DNA of 64,000 nt, taken from a virus. Under the pieces are notes generated by a model. It had not been told where the DNA came from. It did no database searches and was given only the letters and a program-made list of their open reading frames with translations. The DNA is taken from IMG/VR virus record IMGVR_UViG_3300034064_001073, positions 15,874 through 79,873 of that record, one strand, 5' to 3'. Both the position numbers and the translations under genes were made by a program. This document shows, piece by piece, positions 20,106 through 30,269 of this stretch (position 1 is the first letter of the stretch; the number at the start of each line of letters is the position of its first letter).

Positions 20106-20638
20106 TATAAGATTATGTATTCTATCCGGCCAGTGTCTGAGCGTTTTTCATTCAAAGTATTAATTGTCCAAGTAATCCCTCTTCTTTCTGGCTTTAAAAG
20201 ATTCCCATCTACGTCCAAGGAAAGCTCTATTACTTTGTCTTCATAGTCTACTTTGATTGTGTTTTGAAAATAAAACTTACAGAATTGTTTTTTGCTTCTA
20301 CCAATCTCAGTAAGCAAAGAGGCGCCTGCCTTTTCCTGGTCACTACCAATCTCAACTTTGAAAGTGTCGACATAATGCTCATCCCATAGATAGCCTTCAC
20401 CCAGACAAATTGTACATCTTTGGTGGCCTTGTCCTTCTTTTGCCACATTGCAAGAACAAGGAATTCTGTACCTATTGTCATTGCGTCTAAATTTACGAAG
20501 CATTACTTTGAATGCTTTTGGGATTTCATAGACTGAACCTTCAAAAGTATCCTTGGTTTCTTTGCGCAAGTCTACTTCTTTTTGTGTAATCTTTGGACCT
20601 GAACTTGTGCGGTAAAAGCGACTTCTTCCTACTGACAT
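20090..20638 (-). CDS. Putative head closure (neck) protein
   Basis: CSC...CTICLGEGY Zn-ribbon pattern and terminal RSDTGRIEY; lies in the neck gene block. Confidence 0.6.
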   Translation of the reverse strand: MSVGRSRFYRTSSGPKITQKEVDLRKETKDTFEGSVYEIPKAFKVMLRKFRRNDNRYRIPCSCNVAKEGQGHQRCTICLGEGYLWDEHYVDTFKVEIGSDQEKAGASLLTEIGRSKKQFCKFYFQNTIKVDYEDKVIELSLDVDGNLLKPERRGITWTINTLNEKRSDTGRIEYIILYCRKY

Positions 20639-20647
20639 TAGTCCTCC

Positions 20648-21736
20648 TTAACTTCCAGTATCTGGCCAGTTCCCATTTATATTTCTATAGATGTACCGGT
20701 AACGATAACGATTTTGGTACGCATAGTCTGGGTAGTATCTGTAAGATCCAGGTAGCCTGGTCTTGACGTTAACACTAGGGGCGAATCTAGGCATGTTATC
20801 AATTGATCTACCAAAGGCAGGATAGTCTGCTCCCATATATCCTTTTATAGCCATACCAGCATTAAGGCTAGCACCATAAGAAAGGTTGCCATTGCTATGA
20901 AGAATTCTATGTAAGTCTTCATCACGCTTTCTCATCTGCTCAATCTTAACTTTTAATGCAGCAGCGTTGTCAGCCCATTCAACTTTAAGATCGCCAAGTT
21001 GCTTGGCACGAGGTGCTCCAAGCGCAAGTGAAATATTCTCTATAAGATCAATTGAGCTATTAATAATTACATATTCACTCTTAACATAGTTAAGCCATTT
21101 TTCTGTGCCATTCTGTCTTGGCATGTCAAAAATCATAGCGTCTACAACTTTTGAATATCTATAGATAAGATAGTTAACAGTGTCTGCGTCGACGTCGCCT
21201 ACGATACTACCAACGCTAGATAAGACTTGGTCATAGGTTGCATACATAGGAGTGTATCTACTAGTAAACCAAGACTCATCCTCTATGCCAATGGAACCAA
21301 CATCAGCCCCAACTTCTTTGATACCTCTGATCTCAATGACATATTGATTATTATTAAGTAAAGTATCAAACCCTTCATCTTGAGAATAGGAATTAGATAC
21401 GTCATCACTTGGAGTAATAGTAAACGGGATAAGACTTGTGAACATGATAGGAACAAGTGCTGTACCAACATTTATTTCAAAGTAAGCCCACCACTCACCA
21501 ACTTGCGCATCATCAGCAGTCAGGTAACTATAAGTATATTGACCATATTTACTTGGCGCGCCAGGATCGTCTTGGTAGACAATTGCATCATCTTCAAGGT
21601 TCACACCAGGAAGTCCTGGCTTTCTACCATAAGGATAGATAGACACAAGAGGATTAAGTCCATTAGCTAGATAGCCATTGCCATCTCTAACTTGGCAAAC
21701 AATATCAACTGTTTCTCCTTGTATTACGGTTAACAT
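20648..21736 (-). CDS. Putative head-tail adaptor protein
   Basis: WFTSRYTPMYAT...KQLGDLKVEW adaptor-like motifs; position downstream of the major capsid gene. Confidence 0.55.
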   Translation of the reverse strand: MLTVIQGETVDIVCQVRDGNGYLANGLNPLVSIYPYGRKPGLPGVNLEDDAIVYQDDPGAPSKYGQYTYSYLTADDAQVGEWWAYFEINVGTALVPIMFTSLIPFTITPSDDVSNSYSQDEGFDTLLNNNQYVIEIRGIKEVGADVGSIGIEDESWFTSRYTPMYATYDQVLSSVGSIVGDVDADTVNYLIYRYSKVVDAMIFDMPRQNGTEKWLNYVKSEYVIINSSIDLIENISLALGAPRAKQLGDLKVEWADNAAALKVKIEQMRKRDEDLHRILHSNGNLSYGASLNAGMAIKGYMGADYPAFGRSIDNMPRFAPSVNVKTRLPGSYRYYPDYAYQNRYRYRYIYRNINGNWPDTGS

Positions 21737-21737
21737 A

Positions 21738-22844
21738 TTATTCCCTTATTATGTTAATGATAATTTTTTTGCCATTAACAATCCAAGAGTAGCCAACGCC
21801 GACCGCATCTTGATTGCCATCCATAACATTTCTAAACAACTTAATTGTATCTGCCGTAACAGAACTTGGATCAATGTTCTTATTAAAAGTAAGAATAATT
21901 TGTTTAGTTTTCAAGGATATATTACTAGAGCCATATTCTGGTTCAATTTTTACCAATTGAAACTCAGTTGCTGCTTCATTAATCTCTGCTTGAGTAGGAG
22001 CATCAAGCCCAATAGGGCTTTGTGAAACCGTACTCGGCAACTCTTTGACTTGGTTAACAGCAGTAGAGAAGTCTATCTTATAAGTATCAGCCAAGTATTC
22101 AATTGGTCGTAAGTTTATAGTCCAAACATCACCAATCTTAAAGGAGTCGTTTGCGCCTCCTAGGAATTCAAGATAGATGTCTTTATCTTTTGATATTTTA
22201 TTTCTTCCAGTAAGAGGAAACAAATCAAAATATATATCTGGCTCGCTTTCAAAAGACCATCTTACTTTACAAGAAGAAGAGTTACCTGCTTTGATTACTT
22301 CGACAACAATAACATCATTAAGCTCACCTACATAGTAGCCAGACGCTTTTAATGTTCCGTCTCCTGTAGAAGTAATAAGGTCTTTCTCTGCATCAAACAC
22401 AGTTCGAGATCCAATATAACTCCACTCATTACCAGGAGTAGCGGAGCCACTAATCAGTAAACGATAATCTGTTTTTTCTTGTAAGAAAGACTTTGGTCTA
22501 ATAATAATTTTGCTTTTAACATCAACGTCATAGGCATAACTCATTTGCTCTTCAAGAGGTTCGCCCGAGGCGTCACATCTTATAACCTCTAGCTCAACTG
22601 GAACTTCACCTTTTAGATGCAAGCTCTCAAGGACTTTAGAGTAAGAAGTCTCATTGGAGAATCTGTAAAGCTTTTCTTCAAACTCAATACCCGTAACAAT
22701 ATGGTTATCTGGGCCAACTAAACTAATACTATTCTCAGCAAGAAACTCAGAGACTTCTTGATTAAAAAGAATTTCAATCTTTTCCCCTGTGGGAAAAACA
22801 TTAAAGCCATCATCTGGCCAGACTGAATGAATAGTAAAAGCCAT
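21738..22844 (-). CDS. Ig-like domain virion protein
   Basis: Two Ig-like starts (SVWPDDG...IEILFNQEV and KIEPEYG...IILTFNKNIDPSSV). Confidence 0.55.
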   Translation of the reverse strand: MAFTIHSVWPDDGFNVFPTGEKIEILFNQEVSEFLAENSISLVGPDNHIVTGIEFEEKLYRFSNETSYSKVLESLHLKGEVPVELEVIRCDASGEPLEEQMSYAYDVDVKSKIIIRPKSFLQEKTDYRLLISGSATPGNEWSYIGSRTVFDAEKDLITSTGDGTLKASGYYVGELNDVIVVEVIKAGNSSSCKVRWSFESEPDIYFDLFPLTGRNKISKDKDIYLEFLGGANDSFKIGDVWTINLRPIEYLADTYKIDFSTAVNQVKELPSTVSQSPIGLDAPTQAEINEAATEFQLVKIEPEYGSSNISLKTKQIILTFNKNIDPSSVTADTIKLFRNVMDGNQDAVGVGYSWIVNGKKIIINIIRE

Positions 22845-22846
22845 CT

Positions 22847-23071
22847 CTAGAACTCCTCAATGTAAGATTCAAGAGTGCACTCAACCTCGCAACCAGTAAC
22901 TAGTGTAATTTGCTGAGTTTCAAGACTCTCCGCCTCTATAGCACAATCCTCACTTTCCATAATAGCCTGATGCTCTTCAAAGGCTAGCCTTCTAAATAGG
23001 GCATCCATGTCTTTGCTGGATGTAACAGTTGCAAGCGCAAGGGCAATTTTATCTTCTAAACTCATATGCAC
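22847..23071 (-). CDS. Small acidic hypothetical protein
   Basis: 74-aa ORF with an AGGAG SD. Confidence 0.55.
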   Translation of the reverse strand: MHMSLEDKIALALATVTSSKDMDALFRRLAFEEHQAIMESEDCAIEAESLETQQITLVTGCEVECTLESYIEEF

Positions 23072-23098
23072 TCCTAGTAATAATATCTGGCTACGGAC

Positions 23099-23107
23099 AT
23101 TATAACA
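23099..23107 (-). promoter_or_regulatory. Possible host-type extended -10 promoter (TGTTATAAT)
   Basis: Exact TGnTATAAT right after the capsid terminator, about 30 nt upstream of the 74-aa ORF. Confidence 0.4.
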
Positions 23108-23146
23108 AAAGAAAGCCCCCAGGCCTTTCGACCCAGGGGCTTTTTA
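23107..23146. terminator. Intrinsic terminator after the major capsid gene, possibly bidirectional
   Basis: AGCCCC...GGGGCT stem flanked by A-rich and T-rich runs. Confidence 0.75.
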
Positions 23147-23172
23147 TCTATTAGCTATTAGCTAGTGGTTAA

Positions 23173-24459
23173 TTAGTAACCAACGACTGGCTTAGTACCT
23201 GGAACAACCGCAGCAAAGTTACCACCCACTGTAGGATCGTAGACAGGACGTGCAATCTCAGGAGAGTAGTAGTTCTGATCGCAGAAGACATTCTTAAGCG
23301 TGATTGAACCCTGACCTTCGTTGTACATGAAGATACCCCACTTCTCTGACCACTTCATCTTGAAGGTCTCAAAGTACTTGTCCTCCCACTCATCAGCAAC
23401 AATGCCTGAGCCAACAATTAGAGCACCAAGTGACTTGCTATCGCAAAGAACGATATCGGTAAGCTTAGTAGCAGGATCGTAAGGCATAAAGCGTGAAGTG
23501 ACAATGCGGAGACCAAACGGAAGACCAAGAGGAAGCTGAGGAGCAGCTGTAATGGCGTTAACGTTGAAGTCCTTAAGAGTAGCAGGATTGCCACCTGCAA
23601 CAGGTGAAGCACCAAGCTGGCCGCGTGAATAACCCTTTGAAAGAACACCCTTAACGGCGTCAGGAACACCACTAACGTTAGCAGCCGAACCCGAATAGTT
23701 ACCAAATAGATTGGAGCTACCGCTCTGCATGGCAAATGCACGAAGGACGGGGTCGCGGACAAACATAAGGTAAGTAAGAGGATGGCAGATTAGCGTATCA
23801 GGTGTAAAGCCTCTCTGAATGAGAAGGTGATATGCATTGAAAATATCATCCATGGTAAGGGTACCATTGGTCTTCATCGTGATGTCACGACCAGTCGTGA
23901 TACCAAGAGCTGACTGCTGAGGATTGACGTTATCAAATGCAGGAACGCTGATGTTCGTGATATGCTTGGCGATTTCGGTCTCCTTGCGGCGAGCGAAAGC
24001 ACGACCAGCCTCACGGGCAAGGTAACCAAGGAGATTCCAATTGGAAGCCTTGATAGCCTCTTGCGTAAGGGAGATCATAACACCCCACTTGTCAATGGCG
24101 GCCGTAGCCATACCACCGCCAGTTGTCACACGCTCTTCACGGTAACCTTCAAGCTCAGTGACCTTATGGACAGTGAAAGCTGAAAGGGCAGGAAGGCGGA
24201 ACTCAGTGATACCATCCGGTGCAGGAATGGTGTCAAGGAGTGGGGTAAGATTGAGCATAGGCTCCATCGGCTCCATCATAATCTCAACAATTGAGTGCTT
24301 GACCCAGGGCCCAAGCTCAGCTGATGTAATCGCGTCTTCGATTGAAAGACGTGAGTCGCTGCTATGGTCTGAGCCAGGAAGCCAACCGTTGTTCTTGATG
24401 AGCGCTGTAAGCTCACTCTGATCAGCAATTTCTAGGTTCTTATGCTTTAGTCTTGACAT
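23173..24459 (-). CDS. Major capsid protein (HK97 fold)
   Basis: 428 aa. KWGVMISLTQEAI...AGRAFARRKE and FTPDTLICHPLTY are HK97-fold hallmarks; strong SD and downstream terminator. Confidence 0.9.
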   Translation of the reverse strand: MSRLKHKNLEIADQSELTALIKNNGWLPGSDHSSDSRLSIEDAITSAELGPWVKHSIVEIMMEPMEPMLNLTPLLDTIPAPDGITEFRLPALSAFTVHKVTELEGYREERVTTGGGMATAAIDKWGVMISLTQEAIKASNWNLLGYLAREAGRAFARRKETEIAKHITNISVPAFDNVNPQQSALGITTGRDITMKTNGTLTMDDIFNAYHLLIQRGFTPDTLICHPLTYLMFVRDPVLRAFAMQSGSSNLFGNYSGSAANVSGVPDAVKGVLSKGYSRGQLGASPVAGGNPATLKDFNVNAITAAPQLPLGLPFGLRIVTSRFMPYDPATKLTDIVLCDSKSLGALIVGSGIVADEWEDKYFETFKMKWSEKWGIFMYNEGQGSITLKNVFCDQNYYSPEIARPVYDPTVGGNFAAVVPGTKPVVGY

Positions 24460-24493
24460 TTTTCGGTTCTCCTTATTGAGATTATGATTTTAA

Positions 24494-25984
24494 TTAGAGT
24501 AGGACGCGCACGATGGCAGCGAACTGACCACCGAATGACTGATGAATTTCTGCAGGATGACCATCGTTAGCCGAACCAGGAGTACGATCAGCAAGTGACA
24601 CGCCTTCGTAATCATGGAAAGTCTTAACAGCAGCAAGATCAGCCTTAGGTGAACGGTCAAGTGTATAGCACTTACCAACAATGTCCTCTGGACGATGGAA
24701 CGCAGTAGTAGCCATGTCTACTGAGCCAGTAGTGCCTTCGGTATCGGTCTCGTCAGGACGGGCAATGTAAGGAACAAAGTTAGAATACTTGTCATAAGCA
24801 AGATAATCGCCAGGCCTGACTGTACCAGTCACTGAGGCAAAAACCTTAGCAGGAGCTGCGGCTGTATCAACTGCAGGAGCAGGTGAGTACGAAAACTTAA
24901 CAAGATCTGTTGCAACTAGACCAGTAGGAATAGCGTCGCCGCCAGCCTCATAAAGGAAAAGAATGCCAAGGTCACGGTCAAGGAACCAATCACCAGCCGC
25001 TTTTAGCGCGTTGGGGCTATTCTTCTCTTTCTTAAGAAGACCAGTGGTCTTTATGGTAGTAGAAGTACTGTTAGTCACAACTAGCGGATTATAAACATTG
25101 CTTTCAACACCCTTTGTGCCAAGAGCAAGAGCAACCCAGTCTGTAGCAGTAAGATCTGCATAACGATCTGCAAGTAATGTTGTCTTTAGAACTGATTCAC
25201 TTCCAAGGAACCACTTAGCCGAACCACTTTCAAGGTGAGAAAGAGCGGAGACTTTATTCCCAGAAATAGCAGGAACAGCCTCTGAGCCATTTGTTGCAGG
25301 AGCAACAGGAAGACGAAGAGTATGATCCTGGCCAGTCCAGAAGGTTGACTTATTCTCACGACGATAGTTCATGAAACGAAGTTTATTAGGCTGAGTACCA
25401 TCGCCGCCAGCCCAAGCGTAAACCACGTTAGCAGCAATACCAATGGGACGAGAAACAAGAGCATCGCAAGTCTCAGCTCCACCAATAAGACCACGGCTAC
25501 GAAGTCGCTTGGTAAGATTAAGCTCGGGGAAGGCATCGCCCGCTCCGTCGCTGCTCTTTAAATATGTTTTGGCCGCAGTAACAGGAAGACCAGTACCAAG
25601 GTCTTCAATCTGCTCTTCCACGTCCTCTGCCGTATACTGAAGAATTGCGTCGCCATCTGCAGCCGCCTTCCAAGCAAGACGAATACCAGCAGGAACAAGA
25701 CGACCTACAGTGCCATGATTAATGGTTGAGGTGGCATTCTCTCCGTTAAGGGTCTCGCGGGTGAGGGCGACAAGCTTACCAGGCATAACAACAACCTTAT
25801 CGGTGAAGACGTGACGCTGATAGTCGTAAGTGAAATAGCCAGCGGCTGAGTTAGTCGCAGTAGCGCTGACAGGAAGCCAAGCCGCTGCGGCAAGGTCATT
25901 TTGAGGAGCAACCGTGTCGCCGTGCGTAGGGGCGATAATCGGCTTACCGTAATCGATATCTCTAAACTTTCTGTATGTTGCCAT
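24494..25984 (-). CDS. Head decoration / capsid-associated protein
   Basis: Directly upstream of the capsid gene. VVMPGKLVAL, RPIGIA and PGDYLAYD beta-rich motifs. Confidence 0.55.
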   Translation of the reverse strand: MATYRKFRDIDYGKPIIAPTHGDTVAPQNDLAAAAWLPVSATATNSAAGYFTYDYQRHVFTDKVVVMPGKLVALTRETLNGENATSTINHGTVGRLVPAGIRLAWKAAADGDAILQYTAEDVEEQIEDLGTGLPVTAAKTYLKSSDGAGDAFPELNLTKRLRSRGLIGGAETCDALVSRPIGIAANVVYAWAGGDGTQPNKLRFMNYRRENKSTFWTGQDHTLRLPVAPATNGSEAVPAISGNKVSALSHLESGSAKWFLGSESVLKTTLLADRYADLTATDWVALALGTKGVESNVYNPLVVTNSTSTTIKTTGLLKKEKNSPNALKAAGDWFLDRDLGILFLYEAGGDAIPTGLVATDLVKFSYSPAPAVDTAAAPAKVFASVTGTVRPGDYLAYDKYSNFVPYIARPDETDTEGTTGSVDMATTAFHRPEDIVGKCYTLDRSPKADLAAVKTFHDYEGVSLADRTPGSANDGHPAEIHQSFGGQFAAIVRVLL

Positions 25985-26006
25985 AATTTTCTCCTATAAT
26001 TTGGGG

Positions 26007-26822
26007 TTAGACTTTCACGTCTAGTGGGTTAAACTTTCCTGAAACAAAGCCAGAACGCACTTGTTGAACAAGATAGTTCTCAGCTTTATTTATATCATGA
26101 TTTCGTAATTCTTTGTATTTACTAGCCACTCTTCGCTCTACAGATGTCCAGTATTCTGGTGTAATATCCATTGCATCTTCAATGGTATTTACATCAAGCT
26201 TCTTACCAAGCTCTTTAGGCTCAGCAGAATCTTCAATGATAATCTCTTCTGACTCTGAACTATCGGCAACCTCAGTTGTCGCTTCTTCGGCCGAATCCAT
26301 TGGGCCACTCATTTCTTCTTCAATTTCCTCACCGGAAGATTCACTTGGAATTTCCATGCCAGCAGTCTGAAGAGAGGAACCAAGTTGCCACTGCCACTTC
26401 TGATGCATATCAATACGCTCAGCTACGAAGTTTGCAACACCTTGCTCATTGGCAGCATTAGCCATGTCAAAGACATCCTTAAGCATAGCAAGCATCACCA
26501 CATTCTTCTTGTACATATCAAGAGCAAGTTCACTTGCTTCAGTAGTCATAGAATCATCTTTGATTGATGCAGTCTCGACCATGTAAGTAAGAGAGTGAGG
26601 AAATGAACCAAGCTTGCGGATATTTTCAGCAAGTGGGTCTACTGAACTAGAGTAGATGTCATCATAGATATTTCCAAATAGCTCATGATACTGAGCAAAA
26701 TCAGGGCCAGCAACATTCCAATGTGCACGATGTGCAGTAGAGTACAGAGCAATTACATTGCTAAGCAGGCCTTTGAGGGCATCAGCCACTTGAGCTGTAC
26801 TAGTTGTCATTTCAGTTTCCAT
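26007..26822 (-). CDS. dps: Dps/ferritin-like domain with an acidic linker and a C-terminal helical (scaffold-like) tail
   Basis: HRAHWNVAGPDFAQYHELF...DPLAENIRKLG...HQKWQWQL is the Dps signature, followed by about 115 extra residues. Confidence 0.85.
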   Translation of the reverse strand: METEMTTSTAQVADALKGLLSNVIALYSTAHRAHWNVAGPDFAQYHELFGNIYDDIYSSSVDPLAENIRKLGSFPHSLTYMVETASIKDDSMTTEASELALDMYKKNVVMLAMLKDVFDMANAANEQGVANFVAERIDMHQKWQWQLGSSLQTAGMEIPSESSGEEIEEEMSGPMDSAEEATTEVADSSESEEIIIEDSAEPKELGKKLDVNTIEDAMDITPEYWTSVERRVASKYKELRNHDINKAENYLVQQVRSGFVSGKFNPLDVKV

Positions 26823-26889
26823 ATTATTCCTCCAAAAGGATTAAGTTAAATTAATAATTACATAGTGATTCTAGCATAATTTCTATACT

Positions 26890-29640
26890 TTAGCCACCTA
26901 TACCAGGAGCAGGATAAGCGCCGAGGGGAGGAGTCTCTTTCTTGCTCCACACAATAGGAGCCATAATCTTTTTTAGCTCAGACCTCTTCTTGACAGTTAC
27001 TTCTTCAGTCTTGTCATATAGGCCATCCTCACCCATTTTAGCAATAGTAAGAATAGTAGCAGGATCTTCCTCTGATGCATCTACACTTAAACCAAGACCA
27101 TGAGTAACAGTTCCTTTGCTATGCATAGCATCAATGACTCCATATCCTTCTTTCATTTCAGCTGCGTCGTCCTGCTCACCAAGTGAACCTGAACTAACAC
27201 CAACTTCATTACCTTTGCTATCAAGACGATAAGAAACAAAGTCACCTACAGCAAAAGTTGGCGTTGACGGAGTTGTATAAGTTTTCTCAGGAGTATAAGT
27301 ATCTTCGACTGAAGACTTAACACTTTCCTCAATGGCAGTTTCAACAACTGGCTCATTGTAAACAAAGTCACCCATCACCCAAGGACCCTTAACTGAATCT
27401 TCAGTTCTCATACGTTCAATTTGTGCAGCTTTGGCATTTGCCCAGCTCTTGCCGCCATCGCCACCCCAAAGATCCCAAGCAATACGACCAGGAGAGGGAA
27501 AGCCTTCTTCGCCTTGGTTGAAGCCAGAAGCTTTCTTGTCAACCTCATGACGTGCAAAGAAACTCTTCATACGCATAACGGTAGAAGGAGAAAGCTCTTT
27601 CTTGTTCATAATGTCTCTAGCGCGCGCTACTCCAACGCCGGTACCACCGCGCTTGAACTCTGCACGCCACTCAAGAGCACGTTTTGCAGCTGACGCCATA
27701 CCAGGTGTTGGAACAAATCCCTCAGCGGCATCATCAATTTCTGGAGCAAATAAGTCTTGAATTTCTTCACCAAACTCACTCTCGTCCATCTTGGACTTGC
27801 CGGCATCTTGCATACGTGCAAGCATCTTCTGGGCACGAGCCTGGATTGACTTAACCTTATCCTCAGCAAGACCCTTAACCTGACCAGCCCTAGCAATAGC
27901 ATTACGAAGATGAGGAAGGTCAACCTTGCCATCCTCTCCTTTGTACGGTAAATGGCGAAGTGAGCGAGGTTTAGTTTTGCCCTCTTCATCCTTCTCGCCA
28001 CCTGACTCAACATAAAAGAAAGAACTATCTGGAAGATTGTTAACGTAAGCAGTCGACCAAACAGCATCGTCAATGCTGATTGTTTTTACCATCTCAGAGA
28101 ACATCTCAGCCGACATATTATCGGCTAGCTCTACATTAAAGTTGTTAGCAAGGAACTCTTTAACAGAGTCTAGCAATGACTTACTATCAAGCTCAACTTT
28201 GGCAAGCTTCTCATCTGTGATAGCCTTATCAGAGCGTAGCTCTTTAAGTTCTGACATTACCTCTACAGAAGCAATAGATTTTGACTTAATGTATTCGTCA
28301 ACAATCGAAAGAATTTCCTTCTTATTGTCGTCTGATAGTACGCTTGGCATTTCTTGCTCCTCTTCATTGGTTGAGTTAGTTTGGTCTTCCATAGATTCTG
28401 TCTTGTTTGCTGAGACTAGTCCGTCTGGAATAACAGCAAATCTGCAGTAACCATTAGGCTCTATGGTTTGGGAAATAATTTTACAACGACTCTCACTGGC
28501 ATGAAGAGCGCAATTGCCGCACTTAACCCCAATGCTTAGATTTTCATTCTCTGGCCCACTTTCATAGCCAACCCAAATACCAGGAGCCTTATCAAGAGGT
28601 CCAACTTTACTAGCAAGAGTCATTAGTGAATCGGCTAGAGCCTTTTCCTCTTCTGAAAGTTGACTGTAAAGATCAATATAGTCATCTGCTATTTCAACTG
28701 GAACTGTAGCAACTGGACCGTTATCAAAGCTGGCCATAATCTCTGAGTCACTAATATCAGTAGCCGCATTTTTAAAGCAGTCGGTCACAACCATAGTAGT
28801 CTTGAAATTTTCTAGGTATTGCTGAAGGGCGTCGCCACCAACCTCTTTATAATTCATTACTCTAGCATGAACATCAGCAGGATGTGTAACATAAGCATAG
28901 CCACGATAGCGAAGACCGCTTGGGACGCCATACGCTTTGGTCCCATCAATATCGTCGCCAATGTCCCATTCCATCTCGTCAGTCTTGTAAGACTTACCGC
29001 TAATAGAATCGTAAAGATCATTAGGAGTCATCTCAACACTAACTGTAAGATAGCGCCCATCAAGGGTTTTCTCTACAGCCTCTGGATCTGTAACAAGTCC
29101 TTTGACAAGTACCCATCCAAGGCCCTCAAAATCCTCATCAGTCATCATTCCAGACTTGGCAAGCTTCTTCATATAGGGAGCCATAGCAACGTCAGGAGCC
29201 TTAAGTATAAGGCCATCCTTGATCATTGTAGAGCTAACATTATAGGCAGCCTTAGGGTTGTCTACCCAAGTTCCACCAATAGCACGACCAACAGCTCCAA
29301 CCTCTCTATTCTCAATTTTCTTACCATCAACAACAGCAACTTCCTTATGCATAGGCTTAATAGGGATGTTGTATGGATTAGTAAGTGTAGGAATTGCATC
29401 TTTCAAGTCAGATGGCATATAGATAAGGTTATTCTGAGTAGGTCTCATTCCATGAGTAACCTTTGTAAGAGTTACTAGACCAACCTTGTTTTCTGCCACA
29501 CCATCACTGATAAAGTATTTGAAGTCAAGAAAGTGTGGGCTCTTCTTGTCCCAAACTTCATGGGTGAAATCGCCCTTAACACTACTAACAAAATAGTCCT
29601 GAACAATACCTTCTTGTAATAGTCTCTTACTTATCTTCAT
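26890..29640 (-). CDS. Prohead protease/scaffold with several accessory domains
   Basis: Lies between portal and capsid genes. N-terminal VTHG...H...GRAIG...DPEAVEKTLDGRYLTVSV...VTHPAD fits a prohead serine protease. The C-terminal part carries HiPIP-like, WSTAYVNNLPD, WDLWGGD and Tudor-like domains. Confidence 0.8.
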   Translation of the reverse strand: MKISKRLLQEGIVQDYFVSSVKGDFTHEVWDKKSPHFLDFKYFISDGVAENKVGLVTLTKVTHGMRPTQNNLIYMPSDLKDAIPTLTNPYNIPIKPMHKEVAVVDGKKIENREVGAVGRAIGGTWVDNPKAAYNVSSTMIKDGLILKAPDVAMAPYMKKLAKSGMMTDEDFEGLGWVLVKGLVTDPEAVEKTLDGRYLTVSVEMTPNDLYDSISGKSYKTDEMEWDIGDDIDGTKAYGVPSGLRYRGYAYVTHPADVHARVMNYKEVGGDALQQYLENFKTTMVVTDCFKNAATDISDSEIMASFDNGPVATVPVEIADDYIDLYSQLSEEEKALADSLMTLASKVGPLDKAPGIWVGYESGPENENLSIGVKCGNCALHASESRCKIISQTIEPNGYCRFAVIPDGLVSANKTESMEDQTNSTNEEEQEMPSVLSDDNKKEILSIVDEYIKSKSIASVEVMSELKELRSDKAITDEKLAKVELDSKSLLDSVKEFLANNFNVELADNMSAEMFSEMVKTISIDDAVWSTAYVNNLPDSSFFYVESGGEKDEEGKTKPRSLRHLPYKGEDGKVDLPHLRNAIARAGQVKGLAEDKVKSIQARAQKMLARMQDAGKSKMDESEFGEEIQDLFAPEIDDAAEGFVPTPGMASAAKRALEWRAEFKRGGTGVGVARARDIMNKKELSPSTVMRMKSFFARHEVDKKASGFNQGEEGFPSPGRIAWDLWGGDGGKSWANAKAAQIERMRTEDSVKGPWVMGDFVYNEPVVETAIEESVKSSVEDTYTPEKTYTTPSTPTFAVGDFVSYRLDSKGNEVGVSSGSLGEQDDAAEMKEGYGVIDAMHSKGTVTHGLGLSVDASEEDPATILTIAKMGEDGLYDKTEEVTVKKRSELKKIMAPIVWSKKETPPLGAYPAPGIGG

Positions 29641-30269
29641 TAGCCTTCCTTATAATGACTTTGCTATTAGGATGATCAGGCGGTAAATCATAATATTTAC
29701 TATCTAGGATTTTCCTATTATCTATTATAGACTTACTACTTTGATTATATACCTGGTATGATTCTTCGCCATTATCCTTTAAAGCATTGAAAACACCCCA
29801 GTTATAACTTCTCATTCTTTCTGTCTCGTAGATAGTCATCATCCTATGACCAATCGTCTTAGCTGTATCTGTTATAGTGCTACCTTGTCGATTGCGCATC
29901 TCAATGTGTAGCTTGTCTATGAAAAACTTCTGGACCTTTAACTGAAACTCTATGTTTCCTGTATGAGTCTCAGAAGTTAAATTAGATGAATCAGCATATT
30001 CAGAGTAGCCTTTTATGTAGGCCTTTATGCTGTTGTCTTTAAGCATGATAGAGAAGCGCTCAAAAGCAGCGTCAACAGTAAACTCAGGATGAACTTCATA
30101 GTCAGCCTTTTCTCTTAGATGACTAACTAACCCATTTACATCTTCTCTGTACTCGTCAAAGTCCAGAATCTTATCTGTTACTAGACTACCTGGACCACTT
30201 TTAGTACCATACTGGTTTGATGGCCTAACAGCATTCGCATTAGCTTTGCCACTAGGCGGCGTTACTGAA
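29627..30269 (-). CDS. -1-frame extension of the portal (MuF/minor head-like C-terminus)
   Basis: The frame of ORF 29627-30046 stays open up to the A10 run at 30270-30279 (NSVTPPSG...RPSNQYGTK...). It ends with ETERMRSYNWG...LPPDHPNS, similar to the MuF PPxHPNC motif. Confidence 0.65.

Noticed and set aside
26007-26822. Host chromosomal contamination suggested by dps
   Set aside because: The gene is co-oriented and tightly embedded among head genes and has a matching codon style.
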